A stretch of DNA of 64,000 bases, taken from positions 28,920 through 92,919 of the forward strand of contig CAVVLV010000001.1 in NCBI GenBank assembly GCA_963749235.1. Reading direction: 5' to 3'. The notes below the pieces were generated by a model. That model was not told the origin of the DNA and did not search any database. It saw nothing but the letters and a program-made list of their open reading frames with translations. Numbering within the stretch: position 1 is the stretch's first letter; every line of letters starts with the position of its first letter. Positions 55,847-64,000 of this stretch are shown here, piece after piece. The position numbers were made by a program, and so were the translations under genes. Source of the DNA: an uncultured Thermoplasmata archaeon. Its GTDB lineage: Archaea; Thermoplasmatota; Thermoplasmata; Lutacidiplasmatales; UBA184.

Positions 55847-56527
55847 ATGCCTCGTCGTGCACCGAAAAAGACGGAGTCCGTCCCGACCCCCGGCGAGCCG
55901 GAGACCATCCCGTCGCCCCATCTCGCCGATGACGATTTCGTGAGCTCGCTCAAGAACGAGCTCGTCCGCACTCAGGAGGCGGCGAGCGCGAACAAGGGAG
56001 AGGACCTCACCCACCGGGCGAACCTCAACAAGCGGCTCCTCCAGGACCTCTGGGAGGTCCACAACCAGTTCGAGGAGGTCAGCGTCCACTTGGCGGTCGA
56101 CCCCTCGCAGACCCTCTTCGCGACGTTCGTGGAGTATCCGACCAAGTGGACCTTCCGCGAGAACTTCGACTTCGGCGCGGTCAAGACGATCGAGCTCGGC
56201 GACCGCGCGGCCGGCTGGGTCGGCTTCACCCTCCGCTTCTGGTACTACCGCGCCCCGGACGGAAAATCCCGTCTCCGCGGGATCTTCGAGTGGTGCGACG
56301 GCGAAAGCTACCACCGCTACTCCGGCTGGATGCGGATGATGAGCCAGGCCGTGCTCTACGACATCCTCGAGGACGACGTCGACGTCCGAGACGTCCACCG
56401 GATCCTGAAGGACGTGGTCGTCCAGTGGTACGCCGCCCACTTGGAGCGCACCCCCGAGAAGTTCGTCGCGCACCTCAAAGAGAAGTATCCGAAGGGCGCC
56501 TCGTACGCGAAGGAATCGTATCGCTAA
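55847..56527 (+). CDS. Hypothetical protein upstream of DP1
   Basis: TTTATA at ~55805, ATG 55847, strongly GC3-biased codons; no family recognised. Confidence 0.75.
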   Translation: MPRRAPKKTESVPTPGEPETIPSPHLADDDFVSSLKNELVRTQEAASANKGEDLTHRANLNKRLLQDLWEVHNQFEEVSVHLAVDPSQTLFATFVEYPTKWTFRENFDFGAVKTIELGDRAAGWVGFTLRFWYYRAPDGKSRLRGIFEWCDGESYHRYSGWMRMMSQAVLYDILEDDVDVRDVHRILKDVVVQWYAAHLERTPEKFVAHLKEKYPKGASYAKESYR

Positions 56528-56641
56528 CGCGAATCCCAAGGACGGTCTTGAAATAGGCCGAACCTCCTTCGCGGCCGCTGGGCCGACGGTTCGGCGCGGC
56601 GCCTCCCTCGCGCGGCGCGAGCTTCGACCGGGACGAACGAA

Positions 56642-58149
56642 GTGGCGGCGAACCTACGGGAACACCTCGTCGCGTACTTCGAAGAGCACCACAAGCTCGT
56701 CGAGGCCGACGCGCTCGATCTGTTGCTCGACCACCGGCAGCCGCTCGTCGTCTCCCGCGAACTCATCGAGCGGGCCGGCGCCGCCTCGCCCTTCGTGACC
56801 CGCGAGATGGTGGAGACCGTGCTCGCGGAAGGTCCCGACGGCGCCGCCGGGCTCACGCTGCGCACCCACGACCCGCGGGTCGCGATCCTGGCCCCGCCGG
56901 CCACGGGGTTCCACCTGATCAACGAAGGGTACAGCGGGCCGGTTGTCTCCGACTCCCCGCTCGTGGCGTACTCGGCGCTCTTCCACTCCCGGTACCGTGC
57001 TCTGGCACGCATGGTTCGGGGCCGACCCGAGCTCGAGAACCTCCGCCCGGTCCGCGAGATCCGGACCAGTGAGGGACCCACCTCGATTATCGGCATGGTC
57101 CGTGACATTCGCGAGACGGTCCAGCGCCACCACCTGATCCTGACCCTCGACGACGAGACCGGGAGCTTGGAGGTCCTGGTGCCGAAGGATTCGCCCGGGT
57201 CCCGTTCCCCCTTCCTTCCCGACGAGGTGGTGGGGGTCCGCCTCGAGTTCTCGAAGGAGCCGAGACGGCTCCCGCGGGTCGTCGCGGTCGAGCGACCCGA
57301 AGTACCCCGGAATCGGGTCCTGGGTCGCTCCCGGCGACCGGTCCGGGCCCTCTTCCTCTCCGACCTCCATCTCGGAAGCCGTTCGTTCCTATCCGAGAAC
57401 TGGGGACATCTCGTGGACTTCCTCGCCGGCCGAGGGCCCCAGGGGGCCCTCGCGAGCTCGGTCGAGTACGTGGTGGTGGCGGGAGATCTGGTCGACGGCA
57501 TCGGGATCTATCCTCGCCAGGAGCGGGACCTCGCAATCCCGGACGTGGTCGAGCAGTACACCGAGCTCGGCCGTCGGCTCGCGGAGCTCCCCCAGCGGCT
57601 CACGGTGATCGTCGTTCCGGGGAATCATGACGCGGTCTGTCCCGCCGAACCCCAGCCGTCGCTCCCCGCCAGCTTGGCGCAGACCCTGCCTCCTAATGTC
57701 CGGGCCCTCGGCAATCCGTCGACCTTCGCGGTCGAGGGGGTGGTGATCTCCGCGTACCATGGTCGCAGTTTCGACGACCTCATCCCTGCGATCCCGGGCG
57801 CTTCCTACTCCCGGCCCACCGACGTCATGAAGCGGATGCTGCAGATGCGTCACCTCGCCCCCATCTACGGCGACCGCACGCCGCTCACGCCGGCGGACGC
57901 GACGGTCTCGTTCTCGACCCGGCGCCGGACATCTTCGTGACCGGACACTCGCACACGTACGGGGTCGACCGGTACCGCGGCGTGCTCCTCCTCAACGCAT
58001 CGACCTGGCAGGGGGAGACAGAGTACCAGCGGATGCGCAACATCGTGCCCGTTCCGGCGCGAGCCGCCCTGGTCGATCTCGCGAGCCTCGCGACCGCCAC
58101 GCTCGATTTTTCGAAGGGCGACCCGACGGTCGTGGAAGCCGGACCATGA
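56642..58149 (+). CDS. dp1: DNA polymerase D small subunit (DP1); indel near 57900
   Basis: OB fold (IIGMVRD, LDDETG); phosphoesterase motifs SDLHLGS, GDLVDGIGIYP, PGNHD, YHGRSFDD, TGHSH, NASTWQ. Confidence 0.95.
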
Positions 58150-58607
58150 CGCCGTATCCCATGGACGTCGCGCACGCCGTCGGTCCGGTCCGGCTCGTCC
58201 TCTCGACCTACCCCTCCCGGGAGTCCGCCCTTAGGGCGGTCAACGGAGCGGTGGAGCGCCGTCTGGCGGCCTGCGGGACGCTCCTCGAGGCGGAGTCGAG
58301 GTACTGGTGGAAGGGCTCGGTCGTCGCGAGCCCGGAGTCGCTCGTGCTGTTCAAGACGGTGCCGAAGCGCGTGGGGGCGCTCTTCGCCTTCCTCACGGAG
58401 ACCCACCCATACGACGTCCCCGAGATCCTGGAGATCGACGTGCCGAGGGTGGGGTCGAACTACCTGACCTACCTCGCGCGGTCCATCGACTCGACGGCGC
58501 CGCCTCCCCCCCTGGGTGGCGGGTCTACGCGTCGGGAAGTACCGCGAGGCCGGGAAGCTCGAGTCCCTGGACGAACTCGAGCGCGGCGCCACCGCCCGTC
58601 GAAATGA
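58146..58607 (+). CDS. cutA: Divalent-cation tolerance protein CutA
   Basis: RRLAACG, SRYWWKG, HPYDVPEI. Confidence 0.92.
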   Translation: MTPYPMDVAHAVGPVRLVLSTYPSRESALRAVNGAVERRLAACGTLLEAESRYWWKGSVVASPESLVLFKTVPKRVGALFAFLTETHPYDVPEILEIDVPRVGSNYLTYLARSIDSTAPPPPLGGGSTRREVPRGREARVPGRTRARRHRPSK

Positions 58608-59707
58608 ACTGAAATCCCCCGGTGACCCCCAGGTCCTGGGCGATCCGTGCGGAATCCCCGCCGGCCGCAACGTGGTGGCCCGCGACCGTCCCGAGCGAGC
58701 CCAGCACCTCCCGGGTGCCGTCCGCGAACCGGGCATCCTCCGCGCGACCCAGCGGGCCGTTCCAGAAGACGGTCTTCGAACCGGCCAGGACGCGACGGTA
58801 CTCGGCCCGCGTCGCGGGTCCGATGTCCTGGACGACTGCGTCCTTCGGGATCCGGTCGAGTGGGTAGACCTCCGTGTCGGACTTCCCCGGTCGCTCGACC
58901 ACCACGTCGGTGGGCAGGAGGATGTTCGTGTGGGCGGCGTCGGCCATCTGGAAGAACTCGGTCACCGCTTCGACGAGGCCGCCCTCGACCGGGCTGGCCC
59001 CGAGCGCCACGCCCCGCGCCGCGAGGAACGGGTTCGCCAGCGCGCCCCCGATCAGGAGTGTGTCGGCCCGGGAGAAGAAACTCGCTAGGCAGGGGGAGCT
59101 TGTCGCGCACCTTGGCGCCGCCGACCACGACGACGTACGGCCGCTCGGGCGTGCCGCGGAGCGGGGTGAGCTCCCGGATCTCGCGCTCCACGAGGAGTCC
59201 CGCGAACGACGGGAGGCGCTTCGGTACTCCGACCGTGGAGGCGTGGGCCCGATGGACGGTCCCGAAGGCGTCCTCGACGAAGAGCTCTCCGAGACGGGCG
59301 AGTTGGGCGGCGAACCCGGGGTCGTTCGCCTCCTCTCCCGGATGAAAACGCAGGTTCTCGAGGAGGAGGAACTGGCCGTTCTCGAGCCGAGCGGTGAGCT
59401 CGAGCGCCTCCACGCCCACGACGTCGCTGGCGAGGGGAACCGGCTGGCCCAGGAGGGCGCTCAGGCGATGGGCCACGGGGCGCAAGCTGAGGCGAGGGTC
59501 CCGCTTCCCGTCCGGCCGTCCGAGATGCGACATGAGGATCGCCCGCGCACCGGCCGCTCGCAGGTGGTTGAGCGTGGGAAGTGCCTCGACGATCCGACGG
59601 TCGTCCGCAACTTGGCCGGTGGCGTCCTGGGGGACGTTGAAATCGACCCGGACGAGCACGCGTCGGCCTCGGACGGGCGCGCCCTGCATCCCTCGCTTGG
59701 CCAGCAT
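58525..59707 (-). CDS. pgk: Phosphoglycerate kinase; indel near 59090
   Basis: VRVDFNVP, SHLGRP, LLENLRF, DAFGTVHRAHAS, GGAKV, WNGPLG, STGGGA. Confidence 0.96.
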
Positions 59708-59738
59708 CGAAGAGGCGAGGGCCCGCCCCGTATAGGGG

Positions 59739-60674
59739 TTATCTTCGGGTCGCGGCGGCGACCCGAGACCGGATCTGCGCGACGGCCGCCCGGGTGTACA
59801 GAAGGTCAAGGCCATGGCCATTGGCCGAGCGGAGGATCTCCCCGGAGATCGCGTCGACCTCGGTGGGCCGCCCCCGATCCAAGTCCTGCAGCATGCTGGA
59901 CCGGTTCTCGGCCGTGGCCCGCACGACGCGGTCGAGGTCCGCCCGAGCCTCCTCGTCGCTCACCTCGATCCCCACGGCCCGCGCCGCTCGCGCCGCCTCC
60001 TCGAGCAGGTGGGCGGCCTCCTCGCGGTACGGAGAGTCGAGGAGTCGACCGTTTACGACCCCGTGGAGGGCGGTCACCGGGTTGACGGCGGCGTTGACGA
60101 TGGCCTTCTTCCAAACCTCGCGACGAAGGTCGGGAACGGAGCGGGTTCGGATGCCGGCATCCCGCAGCAGACGCTCGAAAACCTGGATGGAGGAGGCGGA
60201 AGGCCCCCGGGCTTCCGGCAAGACCATCTCCCCTTCCCCAGCCACTCGGACCTCTCCCGGTCGGACCCACGTGGCGGGGAGAGAGTTCACGGCCCGGACC
60301 AGGACCCGCTCGGGGTCGCTCCAGCCCCCCGACCGGAGGGCCCGGGCCGCGACCTCCTCGATCCCCAGCCCGTTCTGCGGGAGGAGCACGGGGGTCCCCG
60401 GTCGGGTTCCTCGCGCGACGGCAGCCGCCGCGGCCGCAAGGTCGAAGGATTTCACGGTCAGGAAGATCGCATCCGGCACTGGGCCGGGTGGGAGTTCCTC
60501 GGCCGCATCAACCCGGAACGTGCCCTCCGCCCGGCCCGTGAGCCGGATGCCCCCCTCCCGAATCGCCGCGACCTGTTCCCGTCGGGCGACGAGCAGGACG
60601 GAGTGACCCGCACGATCGAGGTACGCGCCCAGGACGGATCCGATCGCCCCGGCCCCGAAGACGACGACGCGCAC
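59739..60674 (-). CDS. panE: Ketopantoate reductase
   Basis: GAGAIGS, TVKSFD, PQNGLG, WKKAIVNAAVNP, NRSSMLQD, EVDAISG. Confidence 0.93.
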   Translation of the reverse strand: MRVVVFGAGAIGSVLGAYLDRAGHSVLLVARREQVAAIREGGIRLTGRAEGTFRVDAAEELPPGPVPDAIFLTVKSFDLAAAAAAVARGTRPGTPVLLPQNGLGIEEVAARALRSGGWSDPERVLVRAVNSLPATWVRPGEVRVAGEGEMVLPEARGPSASSIQVFERLLRDAGIRTRSVPDLRREVWKKAIVNAAVNPVTALHGVVNGRLLDSPYREEAAHLLEEAARAARAVGIEVSDEEARADLDRVVRATAENRSSMLQDLDRGRPTEVDAISGEILRSANGHGLDLLYTRAAVAQIRSRVAAATRR

Positions 60675-60683
60675 GGACGGGGT

Positions 60684-60914
60684 CTACCCCAATCGACGGA
60701 CCAGGTCGGACAAACCGGATCCCTCGCCCCAGTCGCGCTTGAGCAGCCGTAGTACGCCCTCGTAGTACCGGACCTGGTCGCGAGCCTGCCGCACCTTGAG
60801 GAGGACGTACCGCTCCTCGCGGCGCAGCCGGTCGACCTCGGCCCGGAGCTCCCGCTCGACCAGGCGGAGGGTCTCCATCCTACCGGTAAGTGAGAGGGAT
60901 CCTCTGCGAGCCAT
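60684..60914 (-). CDS. Small coiled-coil protein
   Basis: GGAGGT Shine-Dalgarno before ATG 60914; heptad-like ELRAEVDRLRREE..QARDQVRYYE. Confidence 0.65.
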   Translation of the reverse strand: MARRGSLSLTGRMETLRLVERELRAEVDRLRREERYVLLKVRQARDQVRYYEGVLRLLKRDWGEGSGLSDLVRRLG

Positions 60915-61146
60915 CGTACCTCCCGGGGTTGCCTTGCCGCGCGGCCCCATCGAGCACCGCCTCCAGGGTCGCTTGCAGGTGCGCCATCTCCTTATGGACG
61001 CGGTGGAGGCGGAGTTCCTCCCGCATCCGTTGGTCCCGCACCTGCACGAGCGAGCGCTCGAGGGTCGCCATCCGGCGCCTCCACTTGTCCCGTTCCTGGA
61101 CATTCAGGAGGACCGATTCGGCATCGACCATCCGCAGGCCGACCAC
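60880..61146 (-). CDS. Small coiled-coil protein
   Basis: Heptad-like MATLERSLVQVRDQ..LHRVHKEMAHLQATL; overlaps the next gene. Confidence 0.6.
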   Translation of the reverse strand: MVGLRMVDAESVLLNVQERDKWRRRMATLERSLVQVRDQRMREELRLHRVHKEMAHLQATLEAVLDGAARQGNPGRYDGSQRIPLTYR

Positions 61147-61249
61147 CCCGGTTGAGAATCAACCTTTCGCTCTAGGAGGCGGCGGGGAGCGGGGCGGGGG
61201 AGGTATCGTTTAAGGGTCGGGGCGGGTCGGGGCGGACGGGGAAGCGCAC

Positions 61250-62194
61250 ATGACCGGTCTTGGCAAGGTAGTGGTGCTCGGAGCCGGGAACATCGGCGGA
61301 TCCCTCGCCCAGCGATTGGCCGAGATGGACGTCGCGCGCGAGGTCGTCCTCGTCGACATCGTGGACGGACTTCCCCAGGGGAAGGCGCTCGACATCCAGG
61401 AGTCGGCTCCGATCCTCGAGTTCTCCACCCGGGTCACCGGTTCCACGTCGCTCGACGCGATCCGCGGGGCGGACGTTGTGGTCGAGACCGCGGGCCTCGC
61501 CCGGAAACCCGGGATGAGCCGCTCCGACCTCCTCTCCAAGAACGCCGCGATCGTGAAGGGCCATGCCGAAGCCGTCCGGGCGCAGGCCCCGAACGCGACC
61601 GTCGTGGTCGTGACGAACCCGGTGGACGTGATGACCTACTGGTTCCGCCAGATCTCGGGATTCCCGAGCCCCCGGGTCTTCGGCGAATCGGGGACGCTCG
61701 ACACGGCCCGCTTCCGTTGGTTCGTCGCGGACGCCCTGGGGGTCGCCCCGCGCGATGTCACGGGCTTCGTGCTGGGAAGCCACGGGGACACGATGGTCCC
61801 GATCCTCTCCCTCACGAGCGTCTCCGGCGTCCCGCTCACGAAGCTCCTCCCGGCGGACCGCCTTTCCGCCATCGTGGAGCGGGCGAAGCAGGGCGGCGGC
61901 GAGATCGTGAACCTCCTCAAGAGCGGCAGCGCGTTCTACGCACCCACCGCGGCCCAGGCGGAACTCGTACAAGCGATCGCGCGGGACGAGCACCGCCTGC
62001 TGTCCGCGAGCGCCCACCTGAACGGGGAGTTCGGGGAGAAGGACGTTTACATCGGGGTGCCGGTCGTCCTCGGCCGGAACGGCGTGGAACGGGTGGTCGA
62101 GGTCGAGCTCTCGCCCGCCGAACGTTCCGCGTTCGGAGCGAGCATCGCCGCCGTGCGGTCCGACCTTCAAATCCTCGCGTCGCTTCCCCTGTAA
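61250..62194 (+). CDS. mdh: Malate dehydrogenase (LDH-like)
   Basis: GAGNIG, GKALDI, ARKPGMSR (Arg specificity residue of MDH), NPVD, LDTARF, GSHGD. Confidence 0.95.
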   Translation: MTGLGKVVVLGAGNIGGSLAQRLAEMDVAREVVLVDIVDGLPQGKALDIQESAPILEFSTRVTGSTSLDAIRGADVVVETAGLARKPGMSRSDLLSKNAAIVKGHAEAVRAQAPNATVVVVTNPVDVMTYWFRQISGFPSPRVFGESGTLDTARFRWFVADALGVAPRDVTGFVLGSHGDTMVPILSLTSVSGVPLTKLLPADRLSAIVERAKQGGGEIVNLLKSGSAFYAPTAAQAELVQAIARDEHRLLSASAHLNGEFGEKDVYIGVPVVLGRNGVERVVEVELSPAERSAFGASIAAVRSDLQILASLPL

Positions 62195-62207
62195 GGAGGT
62201 AGGGAAC

Positions 62208-62521
62208 GTGCCCGAGGCGACCGGACCTTCCGCTTCCTCCGGCCTCATCGAGATCAAGCGCCGGCTGGGAACGCTCCGCTACACCACCGATTCGAAGGAG
62301 CACGCCCACATCACGGTCAAGCCGCCAATTTGCGCGAAGTGCCCCCACTCCTTCTGCACCTTCGTCTGTCCGGCGAAATGCTACGAGCGGATCGAGGGGC
62401 GTCTCGTCTTCCGCTACGAGGACTGCGTCGAGTGCGGGGCCTGCGACATCGCGTGCGACCAGGGCTCCGTCACCTGGACGCTCCCCCGGGGCCCGTACGG
62501 GTCAAGTACACCTACGGCTGA
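62208..62521 (+). CDS. fixX: FixX-like 4Fe-4S ferredoxin; indel near 62500
   Basis: AAGGAGGT SD before GTG; CTFVCPAKCY, CVECGACDIAC, restored end RGPYGVKYTYG. Confidence 0.85.
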
Positions 62522-62549
62522 AGCGTCCGACCGGGCCGGGATTCGCCAC

Positions 62550-63272
62550 CTAGCCGGGAGTCGCGGGGGCCTGCCGATGCTCCAGGAACGCGCGGAGTTC
62601 CGCCCCGCCCGACGGGACCCACCAATATACGACGGACGGGAATCCTCGCCGAACGACCTCGTCGTACGCGCCGAGCGCCGTCGGGATGTCGACCGCGTTC
62701 GGGAGTCCGGGCGTGACGGTGATCTGGACCGGCGGTTTCTCGCCCCCGAACTGCTGGCTGAGCCGATCGAGCGCTTCGGCCCACCGGTTGTGGCGGAGGG
62801 CCGATTGAGTCTGGATGACCAGGAGGTCCGCGGCCCCCCGGAAGTCGGCGTAGTTCCACGTGTGTTGGGGGTTGAAGATCCCCTGGCCGGTGAGGTACCC
62901 CACGAGACGGAGCCCGTGGGGTCGGGCGAACCCGGTCGCCTTCGTGAGGTTCTGGGTGGTCACGACGGGGTCGAACGAGAACTCGGGTTCGTTCGGATAG
63001 TTCGGCTCGTAGTCGTAGAAAATGCCGACGATCGGGGGTCGGAGGGCCCCGCTAAGCAGTTCGACGTTGGCGAGTCCACTCGTGAAGGCGAACAGCGGGC
63101 ACTGGGGGAATGAACGGGCGAGGAGCTCGGCTCGTTTCTGGACGTTGTCGGGGTTCGCCGGGCGATTGACCCCGCCCGAATTGACCAGGAGCCAATCCCC
63201 CGGTGCGATCCCTTCCTTCAGGCCGAGGACCGTTTCCACCGCATCATTGGTCACCGGGATGATCGCGATCAT
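62550..63272 (-). CDS. Hypothetical protein (possible TIM-barrel)
   Basis: Alternating beta/alpha pattern; FYDYEP, LLVIQTQ, VVYWW; no family recognised. Confidence 0.55.
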   Translation of the reverse strand: MIAIIPVTNDAVETVLGLKEGIAPGDWLLVNSGGVNRPANPDNVQKRAELLARSFPQCPLFAFTSGLANVELLSGALRPPIVGIFYDYEPNYPNEPEFSFDPVVTTQNLTKATGFARPHGLRLVGYLTGQGIFNPQHTWNYADFRGAADLLVIQTQSALRHNRWAEALDRLSQQFGGEKPPVQITVTPGLPNAVDIPTALGAYDEVVRRGFPSVVYWWVPSGGAELRAFLEHRQAPATPG

Positions 63273-63420
63273 CGAGCCCAAGCGCGACGCCCCCTCTTCA
63301 CCTCGGCGGGTCGAAATGCGGGTTACCGCTGGGAACGATTCGAGGGCCGAAAACCGGCGTTCCGACGGCCGTGAGCACCTTCCAGTGAACACGCAACTTA
63401 AAACCCCGACCGCGGGGTCG

Positions 63421-64000
63421 TTGGGGCGGAGTCGAGACTACGCCGAGCACTGCATCCGCCGGGACCTCCCCGCTGTTCCCGTACCGCGTCCGAGCGGGCC
63501 AGGACCTGGTCCTCGACGCCGTCGGCGACCTCACGTCCCGGGGGGGCGCCCTTCTCGTCAACGCCCCGACCGGGAGCGGGAAGACGGTCGCGACCCTCGC
63601 GCCGCTGCTCGAGCACGCGGCGGCCGCCGACCACAAGATCCTGTACCTGGTCCGGACCCACTCCCAGGAGGTCCAGGTCCTCCACGAGGTGCGGACGATC
63701 GCCCACCGATTGGAGCGCCCCATCCTCGCGGTCGGCCTCCAGGGCCGAGCCCGCCGCTGCTTCCTTTTGGAGAACGTCGCCGAGGTCAAGGGGGCGACCG
63801 CCGAGGAGCACGGGAAGCTGTGCGCGGACCGGAAACGGGCCACCGAGCGGGCGATGGCCGGGGAGGCGCCCCTCCTTCCGCCCCCCGAGCTCCCCGAGGG
63901 AGGCGAGATCGACCTCACGGACCTGGACGGGTGTCCGTACTATGCGCGCGTGGTGCAGACCGACCTCGAAGGGTTCATCGAGCGGATCGGGGCGAAGCTT
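63421..64000 (+). CDS. xpd: XPD/Rad3-family Fe-S helicase, N-terminal part; start uncertain, truncated by the window end
   Basis: FPYRVRAGQ Q-motif, NAPTGSGKT, YLVRTHSQ, GRARRC..C..CPYY Fe-S cysteines. Confidence 0.88.
   Translation, partial: MGRSRDYAEHCIRRDLPAVPVPRPSGPGPGPRRRRRPHVPGGRPSRQRPDREREDGRDPRAAARARGGRRPQDPVPGPDPLPGGPGPPRGADDRPPIGAPHPRGRPPGPSPPLLPFGERRRGQGGDRRGAREAVRGPETGHRAGDGRGGAPPSAPRAPRGRRDRPHGPGRVSVLCARGADRPRRVHRADRGEA

Noticed and set aside
58525-58607. Convergent overlap of cutA and pgk 3' ends as antisense regulation
   Set aside because: Short convergent overlaps from GC-rich C-terminal extensions are common; nothing else supports regulation.

Overview
GC-rich archaeal window, most likely Thermoplasmata. 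The evidence is an archaeal dnaG, the PolD small subunit, an XPD-type helicase, TATA promoters and a 23S rRNA gene unlinked from 16S and 5S; a GC-rich soil/peat lineage such as Lutacidiplasmatales is a guess. About 14 genes, including DP1 and pgk, carry small indels. These are most simply read as sequencing or assembly errors, so I treat the genes as intact. The main candidate for an undescribed system is a 19 kb surface-glycan locus (11-30 kb) beside the 23S gene. It holds three membrane-anchored clan GH-A (GH79-like) hydrolases on Ig-like repeat stalks, two processive GT2 synthases (D,D,D,QxxRW) sharing an unrecognised N-terminal membrane domain, and a secreted double beta-propeller protein. 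A fourth GH79-like gene and a second double-propeller paralogue recur together in a lower-GC block at the 3' end of tRNA-Val. Other notable items: a Cys/Gly-expanded A-type Fe-S carrier, a GT-C/GtrA fusion with a nearby paralogue, a LonB-type ATPase with a Zn ribbon and no protease domain, a nucleotidyltransferase next to a solo Cas4, a three-subunit transhydrogenase and an arginine-synthetase-like gene. I found no CRISPR array, integrase or transposase. All family assignments come from reading motifs by eye; no database search was run.
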